This document shows positions 25,508 through 34,210 of a stretch of DNA of 64,000 nt, one piece after another. A program made the position numbers and the translations under genes. This DNA comes from Poseidonia sp. (GTDB taxonomy: Archaea > Thermoplasmatota > Poseidoniia > Poseidoniales > Poseidoniaceae). The stretch spans positions 24,516-88,515 of the forward strand of contig JAKMEE010000039.1 in NCBI GenBank assembly GCA_022426155.1. Reading direction: 5' to 3'. Position 1 is the stretch's first letter, and each line of letters begins with the position of its first letter. The notes beneath the pieces were generated by a model. It was given only the letters and a program-made list of their open reading frames with translations, was not told where the DNA came from and did no database searches.

Positions 25508-26442
25508 GATGGCTTAATGCCAGAGAGAAGGGTTACAACCCGAATCGTATCCTGGAGGTCCTCACTCACCCTTGCTCCCAAAATGACTTGAGCGTCACTA
25601 TCTAGGGCCGAAGTGAACAATTCTGCCACAGCATCGACCTGGCCGATGGTCATGCCAGGTCCACCTTCAACCTGAATCAGGCATCCCTTGGCACCCCCCA
25701 CGTCCATTTCGGCCAAAGGGGCTTTCAATGCAGATTCTAAAATGCCTCGAGGGTCATCAGGGCGTCCAATACCGACCAGCATTGTAGCCAACCCATCTTG
25801 GTCAACGATGGCCCTTAGGTCCATGAGATCGAGGTTGATGAGTCCCATGCGCATCAGAGTGCGAACGAGTCCATCGACAAGATCTTCTACCCACTCTGCA
25901 CCCATTTGCCAATTCTGACCTTTCTCTCTCGCTTGCCTTGCTAGGCGTTCGAGGGAGAGGCGTACTGTTACATGAGCCGTTTGTTCAAGTCGTGAAAACC
26001 CTTCTTCTGCCAAAGCCAAGCGGGCGGGTTGTGCTTCAAACGGAAGTCCTGCAACGGCGAGGACAATGGCACCTGTTTGGCGTGCTTGGCGGGCGAACTC
26101 TTGTGCGGCGCCGGTTCCAACTCCACCGCCTAGGCCAGTGAGTAGGATGACCAACTCGGTGTCTTTGAGCAATTGTTGGGTCAAATTATTCAGGCCCCGC
26201 ATGCGTTGTTCAGCTAGCGGTGGGAGGGCTGCACATCCTACTTCGTCCAATGCATGACCAAGGCGGAGAACGTGAACCGTTTCACCCGTTTTGAAACTAC
26301 GATCATCGGCATCAATGAGGGCCAAATGCGCTCCCATTCCACAGCGCACATAGGCCTCGTGCGCCCATGCACAACCCAATCCGCCAACTCCGGCGATGAG
26401 GATGTTGGAGGGGTCCATGATTGACGAAGAACGCGGCGTCAC
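25504..26442 (-). CDS. divergent FtsZ/tubulin-superfamily GTPase (short, 312 aa)
   Basis: 'ILIAGVGGLGCAWAHEA' (T1 loop-like), 'LLTGLGGGVGTGAAQEFARQ' (tubulin signature GGGTGTG with T→V) and 'INLDLMDLRAIV' (T7 synergy loop NxDxxD). Confidence 0.6.
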   Translation of the reverse strand: MTPRSSSIMDPSNILIAGVGGLGCAWAHEAYVRCGMGAHLALIDADDRSFKTGETVHVLRLGHALDEVGCAALPPLAEQRMRGLNNLTQQLLKDTELVILLTGLGGGVGTGAAQEFARQARQTGAIVLAVAGLPFEAQPARLALAEEGFSRLEQTAHVTVRLSLERLARQAREKGQNWQMGAEWVEDLVDGLVRTLMRMGLINLDLMDLRAIVDQDGLATMLVGIGRPDDPRGILESALKAPLAEMDVGGAKGCLIQVEGGPGMTIGQVDAVAELFTSALDSDAQVILGARVSEDLQDTIRVVTLLSGIKPS

Positions 26443-26475
26443 TTTGAACTTTGGTGTGGTTCGCTGTGCGCGGTC

Positions 26476-26811
26476 TCAATCAATGTACCTGAGGTACCTT
26501 CGGCGGGCATCTCTGGCCCAGGCGTTGTCTGGTTCGATGATGAGGACTCGGTTGTAATATTCGACGGCGGTTTCAAATTCAGAGAGATATCGTCCATAGA
26601 GGTGGCCGAGATTGGAGAGTACTGGGATACACTCCTCATCACGCTTCAGCATGCTGAGGAGCATTTTCTCAGCAGCTCCAAGAGCCCCCTTAATCATCAA
26701 TTCCTCTGCCTCATCAAGTTCAATGAGTTGCTTGTCACTGAGGTCATAAGTGTTATCGAAGGTATGATTTCCCATGGTGTTCATGTCTTCCAAAACGCCC
26801 TCCTCCATCAA
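26476..26811 (-). CDS. small TPR-repeat protein (111 aa), upstream partner of the FtsZ-like gene
   Basis: 'LSNLGHLYGRYLSEFETAVEYYNRVLIIEPDNAWA' is a TPR motif; 33-nt gap to the FtsZ-like gene on the same strand. Confidence 0.5.
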   Translation of the reverse strand: MMEEGVLEDMNTMGNHTFDNTYDLSDKQLIELDEAEELMIKGALGAAEKMLLSMLKRDEECIPVLSNLGHLYGRYLSEFETAVEYYNRVLIIEPDNAWARDARRRYLRYID

Positions 26812-26893
26812 GCCTTCCTTCTCCTGTCGCCTCTCAAGGTTGGCTTGCTGAGTTCATTATGTTCAATTTCTTTCAAAAAACGCTACACTGCGA

Positions 26894-26917
26894 GGCGATT
26901 TATGTGGCGATTTACTG
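26894..26917. promoter_or_regulatory. tandem 12-nt direct repeat (GGCGATTTATGT / GGCGATTTACTG) immediately upstream of a TATA-like 'tttaagg', ~50-70 nt before the Rieske/cyt-b operon start
   Basis: Read directly from the sequence: two adjacent near-identical 12-mers in the divergent intergenic region 26812-26966. Confidence 0.35.
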
Positions 26918-26966
26918 ACAATGTTTAAGGAGTCCATACAAGTCGGAAACATGTAAGGGTGAGGCT

Positions 26967-27797
26967 ATGCTCAAAGGTTCACGAACATCACGCACCACCC
27001 TGCTGGCTTTGGTAGCGTCACTTTTGTTGCTGCCAACGCTCGCTTCATCGTATCACGGAGGCATTGGTGGCAGTCAATCTTACCAAGGTTCGAGTGGTTC
27101 TGTGACCATTGACGATGTTGCGCAATCAGGATGTCTTTGTCACAATGAGGTGGCAGATAATTCAGTTCAAGTAATTCTTGATGATGTCCCCTACGGTTGG
27201 ATTGCAGGAGAGACCTACACCTTCACTCTCCAACTTATCGGAGGCCCTGAAGCCTCCGGCGCCTACACAGCAGGCTTCTCTATGAGGGTCTCGTTGGGAG
27301 TCTTATCTAGCGACGTGGCCCAAAATTGGGAGGACGACCCTCAAACATTGACTCACACCGAGGACTCAGCAAACACCGAAGACCGTTCATGGGTGGTTCA
27401 ATGGACGGCTCCAGGGGCAGGGGAAGGTGCTGTAAACTTCTGGATTACAGGCAATTCTGTGAACGGTGACCAACTTCCAGGAGTTGAAGACCGATGGAAC
27501 CAACTTCTCTTTGGGCTTCAAGAAGGCGATGAAAACACGGATGCCTTCGGAACTCGTACACTATTTGCTGGTGACGGCAACGTGAGCCCACCAGAACCTG
27601 CTCATCATGGAGTGGACCTTCATCACATGGGAGCCAAACTCCGTGCTCACTGGCTTGGATTGCTTGGATTCGGTGCCGTGATTGGAACCATTATTTTCGC
27701 TGGTCTTCTTCTCCGGTATGGATTTTCAACGTCCTACAAGGGTCGAAGCAATCAGCTTCGATTGCGCTACAAACTCATGCGACGAGGTGATCAATGA
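26967..27797 (+). CDS. secreted, C-terminally membrane-anchored protein; first gene of the Rieske/cytochrome b operon (possible extracytoplasmic electron-transfer subunit)
   Basis: Signal peptide 'LLALVASLLLLPTLASS'; C-terminal TM 'LGLLGFGAVIGTIIFAGLLL' then a basic tail; His-rich 'HHGVDLHHM'. No CxxCH or clear cupredoxin motif. Confidence 0.55.
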   Translation: MLKGSRTSRTTLLALVASLLLLPTLASSYHGGIGGSQSYQGSSGSVTIDDVAQSGCLCHNEVADNSVQVILDDVPYGWIAGETYTFTLQLIGGPEASGAYTAGFSMRVSLGVLSSDVAQNWEDDPQTLTHTEDSANTEDRSWVVQWTAPGAGEGAVNFWITGNSVNGDQLPGVEDRWNQLLFGLQEGDENTDAFGTRTLFAGDGNVSPPEPAHHGVDLHHMGAKLRAHWLGLLGFGAVIGTIIFAGLLLRYGFSTSYKGRSNQLRLRYKLMRRGDQ

Positions 27798-28240
27798 TGG
27801 ACGATACCATTACCCAATTATTGCGTGGGGTTGCTGACGGCAGCGTCAAGGTCGAAGATGCCCGTACTGCTCTAGAGGGGGCAGAAATGAGCGAGGAACA
27901 AATGAACTCAGCCATTGACCATGGTGTTTTCAATGTGGCTGAGCCGGGGACCATCGTAAGTGCAAGTCTCGCACCTTCTGGTGCCTCTGGCCTTGCGATG
28001 TTTTTCCTTGCGTGGGGCCTCTTTTGGGTTTGTTATTGGAGTTTCTCGATGATTTACGGCCTTGCAAACAAATGGGACCAACAACAACTATCCTTCCATC
28101 TGGCGATGACCTTTACCACCTTGATCATGCTCGGTATCGTCTATCTCAAATTCATCCTGCCTGACACCATTATTGTCAAGCATGCACAGAATAAGTTCGT
28201 GCCAGAACATCAAAAAGATTGGCGAGAATACAAGTGGTGA
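27794..28240 (+). CDS. small membrane protein (148 aa) of the Rieske/cyt b operon
   Basis: ATGA start/stop overlap with the upstream gene (27794-27797); two TM helices (LAMFFLAWGLFWVCYWSF… / MTFTTLIMLGIVYL). Confidence 0.5.
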   Translation: MMDDTITQLLRGVADGSVKVEDARTALEGAEMSEEQMNSAIDHGVFNVAEPGTIVSASLAPSGASGLAMFFLAWGLFWVCYWSFSMIYGLANKWDQQQLSFHLAMTFTTLIMLGIVYLKFILPDTIIVKHAQNKFVPEHQKDWREYKW

Positions 28241-28245
28241 GGGAC

Positions 28246-29091
28246 ATGGCACGAGAATACGAACTCAAACCCGCTCCTTCCCAGGCATCAGTTGACACAG
28301 GCGATGCCTCAAGCCATCTCAATCGCCGTCAATTCTTGCGTTATGGGTTCAACACAGCAGCAGGTGTCCTCACCGCATCACTAGGGGTGCTTGGCTTTGC
28401 TTCAATCCTGCTTCCACCTGGGGGCTCTAGCGGTGGAGACCTTGCAGTGAAGTTTTGGGCTAAGGGCCGAGAAGATTCTGCTTGGTACGGAGCTCAGCAC
28501 CTTCAACCCATGACCAAAGATTCCTTCGTCAAAGAAGCCGCCTCCTCTTCCACAGGCACCTCTGGTGCTTCAGGTGTTTGGAACGGTGTTCCTGTGGTTG
28601 TGAATTATGTGGCTCACTCCAAGAATGCAGGTACGCCTGAATCCAACGGAAAAGCCAGATTCCAGTTCACTGAAGGCATCGATGAAACCGGAAAATACGT
28701 CGGTCACTTCGATGATCTCGCAGAACAAGATCCACGATTGATGCCAAGCGAAGACCTTGTGATGGTCTTTGGTCGATGCACTCACCTTTGCTGCATTCCA
28801 GGATGGCAACTTGTCTCTAATTCATTCACAGAAGATTCGTGGACGCCCGGTGGCGGAGATGACGGTGGAACCAAAATGTTCTGCATCTGCCATTCGTCCC
28901 GATTTGACCCGACAGTGCTTGAGATGAACACCAACCGAAACCGTTCGAACGGTTCCACGTTCAAGTATGCGGGTATTCGCCGAGCTGGTGGCCCTGCCCC
29001 TGTCGGCCTCCCAATCATCCCCATCTCCCTCAACGGTGATGTAATCGAAGGTTTGCCAGATTATCTTGACTGGTACACATATTGTGACTGA
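28246..29091 (+). CDS. Rieske [2Fe-2S] iron-sulfur protein with twin-arginine signal
   Basis: Tat motif 'NRRQFLRYG'; Rieske box I 'CTHLCC' and box II 'CICHSS'. Start placed at ATG 28246 with GAGGGA 4 nt upstream (the track starts at 28219). Confidence 0.85.
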   Translation: MAREYELKPAPSQASVDTGDASSHLNRRQFLRYGFNTAAGVLTASLGVLGFASILLPPGGSSGGDLAVKFWAKGREDSAWYGAQHLQPMTKDSFVKEAASSSTGTSGASGVWNGVPVVVNYVAHSKNAGTPESNGKARFQFTEGIDETGKYVGHFDDLAEQDPRLMPSEDLVMVFGRCTHLCCIPGWQLVSNSFTEDSWTPGGGDDGGTKMFCICHSSRFDPTVLEMNTNRNRSNGSTFKYAGIRRAGGPAPVGLPIIPISLNGDVIEGLPDYLDWYTYCD

Positions 29092-29100
29092 GGTGAAAAA

Positions 29101-29967
29101 ATGACAACAATGTTTTGGATTCTTTGGTTCTTTATTGCCTTCCTCGTCATTCTGGTGGCATTCACTCTTCGAAAAGAAGATGAAGAAATGCCACGACGTG
29201 ACATCCTTCGAGCGGTTGAATCGACAGGACGCATGGGGGTAGCAGAACGCTCCTTCTTGTGGGTATTTTCATGGCTTGACACTCGTTTCCGTTTGCAAGA
29301 TTACTGGAATATGTCCAAGGGTGCTTACTATAATATGCACCGACAAATGCCGCTTACTCACGCTGAAAAGTACAAACTCCGTATCATTTGGTATTGGTAT
29401 CCTTTGTATTGTCTCGGTGGAATCTCCTTCCTTTCTTTCATCATCTTGGTCGTCACAGGAACCGTGTTAGGAATCTACTATGTTCCTGGTGGTGAGGGTG
29501 ATCCTTCACCTGCTTATGCGAGCATGCAATACATCATGACTGAGTTGCCCTTTGGATACATCCTCCGTGCAGTTCACCACTGGACGACGCACTTTATGGT
29601 GGCCAGTGTTTTCCTTCACATGTGCCGTGTGTACTTCACAGGAGCTTACCGCAACCCACGTGAATTAAACTGGCTCATCGGTGTAGCATTGATGGCTTTA
29701 ACCATCGTGTTCGGATATTCTGGCTATCTCCTTCCGTGGGACAGTTTGGCATACGGTGCAGCAATTATCGGAATCAACCTCGCGAACTCAAGCCCACTGG
29801 TCGGGAAGTATGTGGCTACCCTCTTGTTCTCAGGTTCTGAATTAACGCCGCTCACTGTCACTCGAATGTACTTCATTCACGTGTTCATTCTACCAGTCAT
29901 TGTTACCACCCTGATCATCATTCACTTGTTTATTGTCTGGGTACAAGGCATTGCAGAGCCACATTGA
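29101..29967 (+). CDS. cytochrome b (b6-type, N-terminal four-helix heme domain)
   Basis: 'RAVHHWTTHFMVASVFLHMCRVYFTGAYR' (His pair 13 apart), 'GYSGYLLPW', and a second His pair 14 apart in 'FIHVFILPVIVTTLIIIHLF'; GAGGTGA RBS. Confidence 0.85.
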   Translation: MTTMFWILWFFIAFLVILVAFTLRKEDEEMPRRDILRAVESTGRMGVAERSFLWVFSWLDTRFRLQDYWNMSKGAYYNMHRQMPLTHAEKYKLRIIWYWYPLYCLGGISFLSFIILVVTGTVLGIYYVPGGEGDPSPAYASMQYIMTELPFGYILRAVHHWTTHFMVASVFLHMCRVYFTGAYRNPRELNWLIGVALMALTIVFGYSGYLLPWDSLAYGAAIIGINLANSSPLVGKYVATLLFSGSELTPLTVTRMYFIHVFILPVIVTTLIIIHLFIVWVQGIAEPH

Positions 29968-29982
29968 TACGGAGGAAGAAGC

Positions 29983-32793
29983 ATGGGATTGATCGACAAT
30001 TTTGGCCGCGTTGCCTCCATATACATGGAGGAAAAGAAGCACCTTCAGGAAGCGCAGGAAAAGCGAACGAGAACTCGTACAGGTCACGGGTTCTGGCCGC
30101 ATGAAGTTCTGCGTGACAGCATTCTCTTCGCCTCAATGTTGGCGATTTTGCTGTTTTATGCATGGTTGATTCCACCACCATTGCACGGTGCTGCTGACCC
30201 ATACGCACAAGCAGGCTTCGTGTTCCCTGATTGGTACGTGTTGTTCTCCTATGGATACCTTCGGTGGGGAGAATATTTGCCTCAATTTGTCGTTCCTACA
30301 GGGTTTGTTGGAGAAATAGTTGGGCAACCCATGTTCCCATGGAACGCTGCATGGTGGGGCGCTGCCCTCACCGGTATTCCAGTCGGTATTCTTGCTCTTC
30401 CACCCTTCCTCGGTGGCCGTGAGAAGCGTCCAGTCGAGGACCCATGGTTTGCTGCTGCTGGTGCGGTTTATCTCGCACACATCTGGTTTATCTCGGTCTT
30501 TTCCATCAACATCTTCCTTGAGTTATATGGTAAAAACAGGTCAGATTTCTGTAAACTTGATTCTCACGGAGATCTCTTGTGTGGTGTTCGTGAACCTTGG
30601 ATTGCCGATGTGTTCAATGCGATACCGTGGGTCATGACGGGCGTCTTGATGTGGATTTGTATCTATTTCATTGGCCGCATCTTACTGGTGAAAGCCTGGG
30701 GTACAGGATTTACCGTGGCAAAGAGCCGCCAATTGATTGTAGGGGCTCTTATCATTTCATCTGCTGCCACAGTGGCCACTTTCGATACCTATGATAACGG
30801 GTTTTGGGACGCAAAAGGACTGCTTACAATCAAAGATTACGGCGAACTTGAGGCCATGCGAACTCAACCTACCGATGTCCATGTTCACGAAACCAACGAA
30901 TTCACAGATGACCGTGGATGGTCGGACAGCGGTGTTGTCCCGAGCTCTGCATGGTTGAATTGGAACATCTACCAGCCCGCTCGATACATCCTCATTGATT
31001 TCACCGATTCTAACGGACATCAGGACGCAGCTAACGGCATCAATGCAGCCGAAGGTTCATCCACGTTTAACGGTGGAGAAGGCTGGACAGTTTCGGGTCA
31101 ATTTAGTGTCACAGAGGATCCCATAAACTTCCCTGAAGGCCATCCAGAGGAAGTGATGTCGATTACCACTGATGTTTCATGTGAATACAGGTCCAGCGTC
31201 CGTAAGATCAACGATGTCTCTACTCAAACAATGATCTCAACAACTCTTTCTGTCACGGATGCTAATGGGGCTACCGTGTCCTCATTCAATGATTGCGAGG
31301 GTGATACCGTTGAATTAGAGGTTGGCTCCTATGATTACACTTACACAGTTCTAGCAAGCGGGGCCTTGGCTCTCAATGAAAGTATTGAAACTGAGACATC
31401 TTTCGTTATCAAATCTTTCCAACCTCTCTTGATTTGGGATGAAGATGCACCAGCCGCTCTTGCTGGGCACACCGTTAACCTCTCGGACAACGAGGAGATG
31501 GCTTTGGGTGGCAGTGCGTTCTCAAGCATTGAGAATCCAACATATCACCAAAACCCGAAATCTTTGGATGCCAAGCTAACCTACGCCATGTTCATTCCTT
31601 GTGTGACCTTTGGTGCCCTTGTCTTTGTCCTCTTGCGATACATGGCCCGTGGCTATGAATTTGAGATGAACAAGTGTTACGGTTGTGACCTGTGCGACGA
31701 TGCTTGCCCAGTCCGTCTGTTCAACGGTGGTGACAAACTCAACATCATCTACAACTCATGGAATAACGAGGACGATGGTGTTCCACTTTATTCCTGCCTG
31801 ACTTGCACTGCTTGTACCAATGCATGTCCACAACTCGTCGATTATGACTCCTATGTGGACATTCGCCGAAGCCTCATCGTCGGTGGCCCTCAAGCAGAAA
31901 TCCCTCACACTGTTCTTCAAGCCGTTCTCTCAGCTGAAGCAGAAGAAGCAGCCGATGATGATTTCATTGCCACCAAAGACTACCCCATCACCTCCAACAT
32001 TGGTTACTACCCAGGTTGCGTTGATTACCTGGACCAAGAGATGGTGTTTTCACACGTGAACGAGGGTACCATGAACTTGGGTGATTCCACCACCGCTGCA
32101 TTCACCTTGTTTGAAGAGATGGAAACCGATGTATCCTACCTTGGACGTGATTTCCTCAAGTGCTGTGGTCACGATCAGAAGTGGCAAGGGCTGGATGAGG
32201 TCTTTGAGAAGTTGAAGGCCTACAACCAACGCAAGATTCACGAATCAGGCATTGATACATTGGTGTCTTCCTGCGCTGAATGTTTCCGTACCTTTGCTCG
32301 AGATTATGAATTGGAAGATGTCAAGGTGATGCATACGACTGAATTCCTCATCGAGCAAGGATTTGACATGAACCTCAAGTCAGAAGAAACTACTGTGACC
32401 TATCACGACCCGTGCAGACTTGGTCGTCAAATGGGCGTCTACGATGAACCACGTGAGCTCATCAATGCTGTCGAAGGTGTTGAAATTGTTGAGATGGAAC
32501 ACCACGGTGAAGACGCTATGTGTTGCGGTGTTTCTAGCATGATGTCATGCAATGAAAACGCTCGCTCCCTGCGTGTCACACGCATGGAAGAAGTGCGTGC
32601 TACTGGTGCCGACACCATGTTGACTTCCTGTCCAAAATGTGTTTCACACTTTGAGTGTTTGAAGTTTGAAGGCGATGAAGCCTATGAAGACATTGAGATT
32701 CTCGATGTCGTGTCCTTCCTCGCTCGACAAGTGAATGAAAAGAAAGCTCAAATTGGTGCTGAAGCAACACTCAATGAAAGCGCAGAAGCCTGA
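29983..32793 (+). CDS. fusion: cytochrome b C-terminal/subunit-IV domain + large extracytoplasmic insert + TM + 2x[4Fe-4S] ferredoxin + two CCG (HdrD-like cysteine-rich) domains
   Basis: 'VFPDWYVLFSYGYLRW' matches the cyt b/SUIV 'PEWY' motif. 'CYGCDLCDDACP' and 'CLTCTACTNACP' are ferredoxin motifs. 'LKCCGHD…SSCAECF' and 'MCCGVSS…TSCPKCV' are CCG domains. GGAGG RBS. Confidence 0.8.
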   Translation: MGLIDNFGRVASIYMEEKKHLQEAQEKRTRTRTGHGFWPHEVLRDSILFASMLAILLFYAWLIPPPLHGAADPYAQAGFVFPDWYVLFSYGYLRWGEYLPQFVVPTGFVGEIVGQPMFPWNAAWWGAALTGIPVGILALPPFLGGREKRPVEDPWFAAAGAVYLAHIWFISVFSINIFLELYGKNRSDFCKLDSHGDLLCGVREPWIADVFNAIPWVMTGVLMWICIYFIGRILLVKAWGTGFTVAKSRQLIVGALIISSAATVATFDTYDNGFWDAKGLLTIKDYGELEAMRTQPTDVHVHETNEFTDDRGWSDSGVVPSSAWLNWNIYQPARYILIDFTDSNGHQDAANGINAAEGSSTFNGGEGWTVSGQFSVTEDPINFPEGHPEEVMSITTDVSCEYRSSVRKINDVSTQTMISTTLSVTDANGATVSSFNDCEGDTVELEVGSYDYTYTVLASGALALNESIETETSFVIKSFQPLLIWDEDAPAALAGHTVNLSDNEEMALGGSAFSSIENPTYHQNPKSLDAKLTYAMFIPCVTFGALVFVLLRYMARGYEFEMNKCYGCDLCDDACPVRLFNGGDKLNIIYNSWNNEDDGVPLYSCLTCTACTNACPQLVDYDSYVDIRRSLIVGGPQAEIPHTVLQAVLSAEAEEAADDDFIATKDYPITSNIGYYPGCVDYLDQEMVFSHVNEGTMNLGDSTTAAFTLFEEMETDVSYLGRDFLKCCGHDQKWQGLDEVFEKLKAYNQRKIHESGIDTLVSSCAECFRTFARDYELEDVKVMHTTEFLIEQGFDMNLKSEETTVTYHDPCRLGRQMGVYDEPRELINAVEGVEIVEMEHHGEDAMCCGVSSMMSCNENARSLRVTRMEEVRATGADTMLTSCPKCVSHFECLKFEGDEAYEDIEILDVVSFLARQVNEKKAQIGAEATLNESAEA

Positions 32794-32871
32794 AGACCTG
32801 ATTCTCCATTCAGTTGGCGAATAGAGTTCACTTGCGACTTACTGCAATTGACATTTGCCGGGCTATGACGC

Positions 32872-33159
32872 TTAGGAAGAGCCTTCTTCATCCTCGTCAT
32901 TCATGCCGACGATCTCGTAGTTGGAAGGGAATAGGGCGATGATGACACCTAGCATCAATGAGAGTAGCCCCCATCCGAAACGCTGGTCAACAAATAGAAG
33001 TTCCAGTGCCAAGACAACCAAGAGCAATCCGCCGATGTTGGAAGTCCAGACGAGGGTCTTGAAAGTAGCAAGGCTCACACCCGTTGTGCCGGGTTTTCTG
33101 TAGGGTCCAAATTCTCCTCCAAAGCGTTGTGCTGTTGGGTCCTTTCCTGATTTTGACAT
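32872..33159 (-). CDS. small membrane protein (95 aa)
   Basis: ORF with two hydrophobic helices; follows the ferredoxin gene on the same strand. Confidence 0.4.
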   Translation of the reverse strand: MSKSGKDPTAQRFGGEFGPYRKPGTTGVSLATFKTLVWTSNIGGLLLVVLALELLFVDQRFGWGLLSLMLGVIIALFPSNYEIVGMNDEDEEGSS

Positions 33160-33170
33160 ACGTGTTCACC

Positions 33171-33503
33171 TCATCGGTCGATCATTGTGATCGCATCTGT
33201 TGGACATGCCAGTACGCAGAGACGACATCCAGTACAGGCATCGCGAATGATCTTGGCCTTTCGATTGCTTTCAACTTTCATCAAAGGGCTAAGAACATCC
33301 ACATGGTAGAGTTCGATAGCGTCATCATCGCAGACGATGGTGCATTGGTCACAGCCAATGCATTTTCGCTCCTCAACGAAGGCCACGGTACCTTCACCAC
33401 CCTTGGTGTTGGCCCGTTGCTCACCTCGTTGTCGATTCAGGGAGGCTCTGATACGCAGGGCCTCTTCCTCCCTTCGTCGCCGTAGCTCATCCGCACCGGT
33501 CAT
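33171..33503 (-). CDS. 2x[4Fe-4S] ferredoxin
   Basis: 'CIGCDQCTIVCDD' and 'CTGCRLCVLACP'. The ATG at 33503 overlaps the upstream stop (ATGA); the track ORF extends further (33626) into the upstream gene. Confidence 0.7.
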   Translation of the reverse strand: MTGADELRRRREEEALRIRASLNRQRGEQRANTKGGEGTVAFVEERKCIGCDQCTIVCDDDAIELYHVDVLSPLMKVESNRKAKIIRDACTGCRLCVLACPTDAITMIDR

Positions 33504-34174
33504 GCTACAACCTCGTTCGCAGGTTCCCCTTGAAACTTGGCAACGCTCAGGTTCACCAAAACATCGCCTAGACAGTAGAATGCTCCAACCAATAACGGAG
33601 GGTTCCAGGCAGTCAAGCCAGTCCATGGAACTTCAGCAGCCCAAGTCCAATTGAGCAGGTAGGTGCCCCAAAGTTCCATCGCCAACGCCGCCCATGCCAT
33701 CGATGCATAGAGTCGTGGTTCGGGACCCCATTTTGTGAAGCCAAGCACCATGATTAACAAGAACACCCCAGAGGTATCTCCGCCAGTCCATAGTCCGTAA
33801 AGGACCAGTGGTACGAAAGGCAACAACATGGGAAAAGCCCATGAGACTTTGAGACGTTTTGCCATCCTCCTCCCGAGATCAAATAAGAAATAGTGGCCTG
33901 CGGGAACGAAAAGTGGCATCAAATGCCGTTGGTATTCGTAAATTAACCAAATCTCGGAAAAGAATAATTCCATTGGTGTGGCGATGGCCACTACCGTGAT
34001 CATTTCAATTCGCTCTTTTCGGTCGGTATTACGATAGATGAAGAAGAACAATCCCCAACACCAGATGTTCACCGGCCATTCGGCTACGCCATCATCAACC
34101 AGGCCTCCAAACGCTGTGGCTGATGCCCAAAGGCCAATCCCGATGGTCATGATGTACCAAAGGGGGCGGTTCAT
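33500..34174 (-). CDS. polytopic membrane protein (224 aa), unknown function
   Basis: ≥6 hydrophobic helices, Trp-rich; translationally coupled to the ferredoxin. Confidence 0.5.
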   Translation of the reverse strand: MNRPLWYIMTIGIGLWASATAFGGLVDDGVAEWPVNIWCWGLFFFIYRNTDRKERIEMITVVAIATPMELFFSEIWLIYEYQRHLMPLFVPAGHYFLFDLGRRMAKRLKVSWAFPMLLPFVPLVLYGLWTGGDTSGVFLLIMVLGFTKWGPEPRLYASMAWAALAMELWGTYLLNWTWAAEVPWTGLTAWNPPLLVGAFYCLGDVLVNLSVAKFQGEPANEVVA

Positions 34175-34210
34175 GATTCGGGGAGGGCGTGCACCCTTTG
34201 AGTCTGTTTC

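Noticed and set aside
26967-27797. Possible haem-c (CxxCH) or cupredoxin site in the first protein of the Rieske/cyt-b operon ('GCLCHN')
   Set aside because: The motif is C-x-C-H, not C-x-x-C-H. The His-rich 'HHGVDLHHM' patch has no Cys partner. No supported cofactor assignment; left as an uncharacterised secreted subunit.
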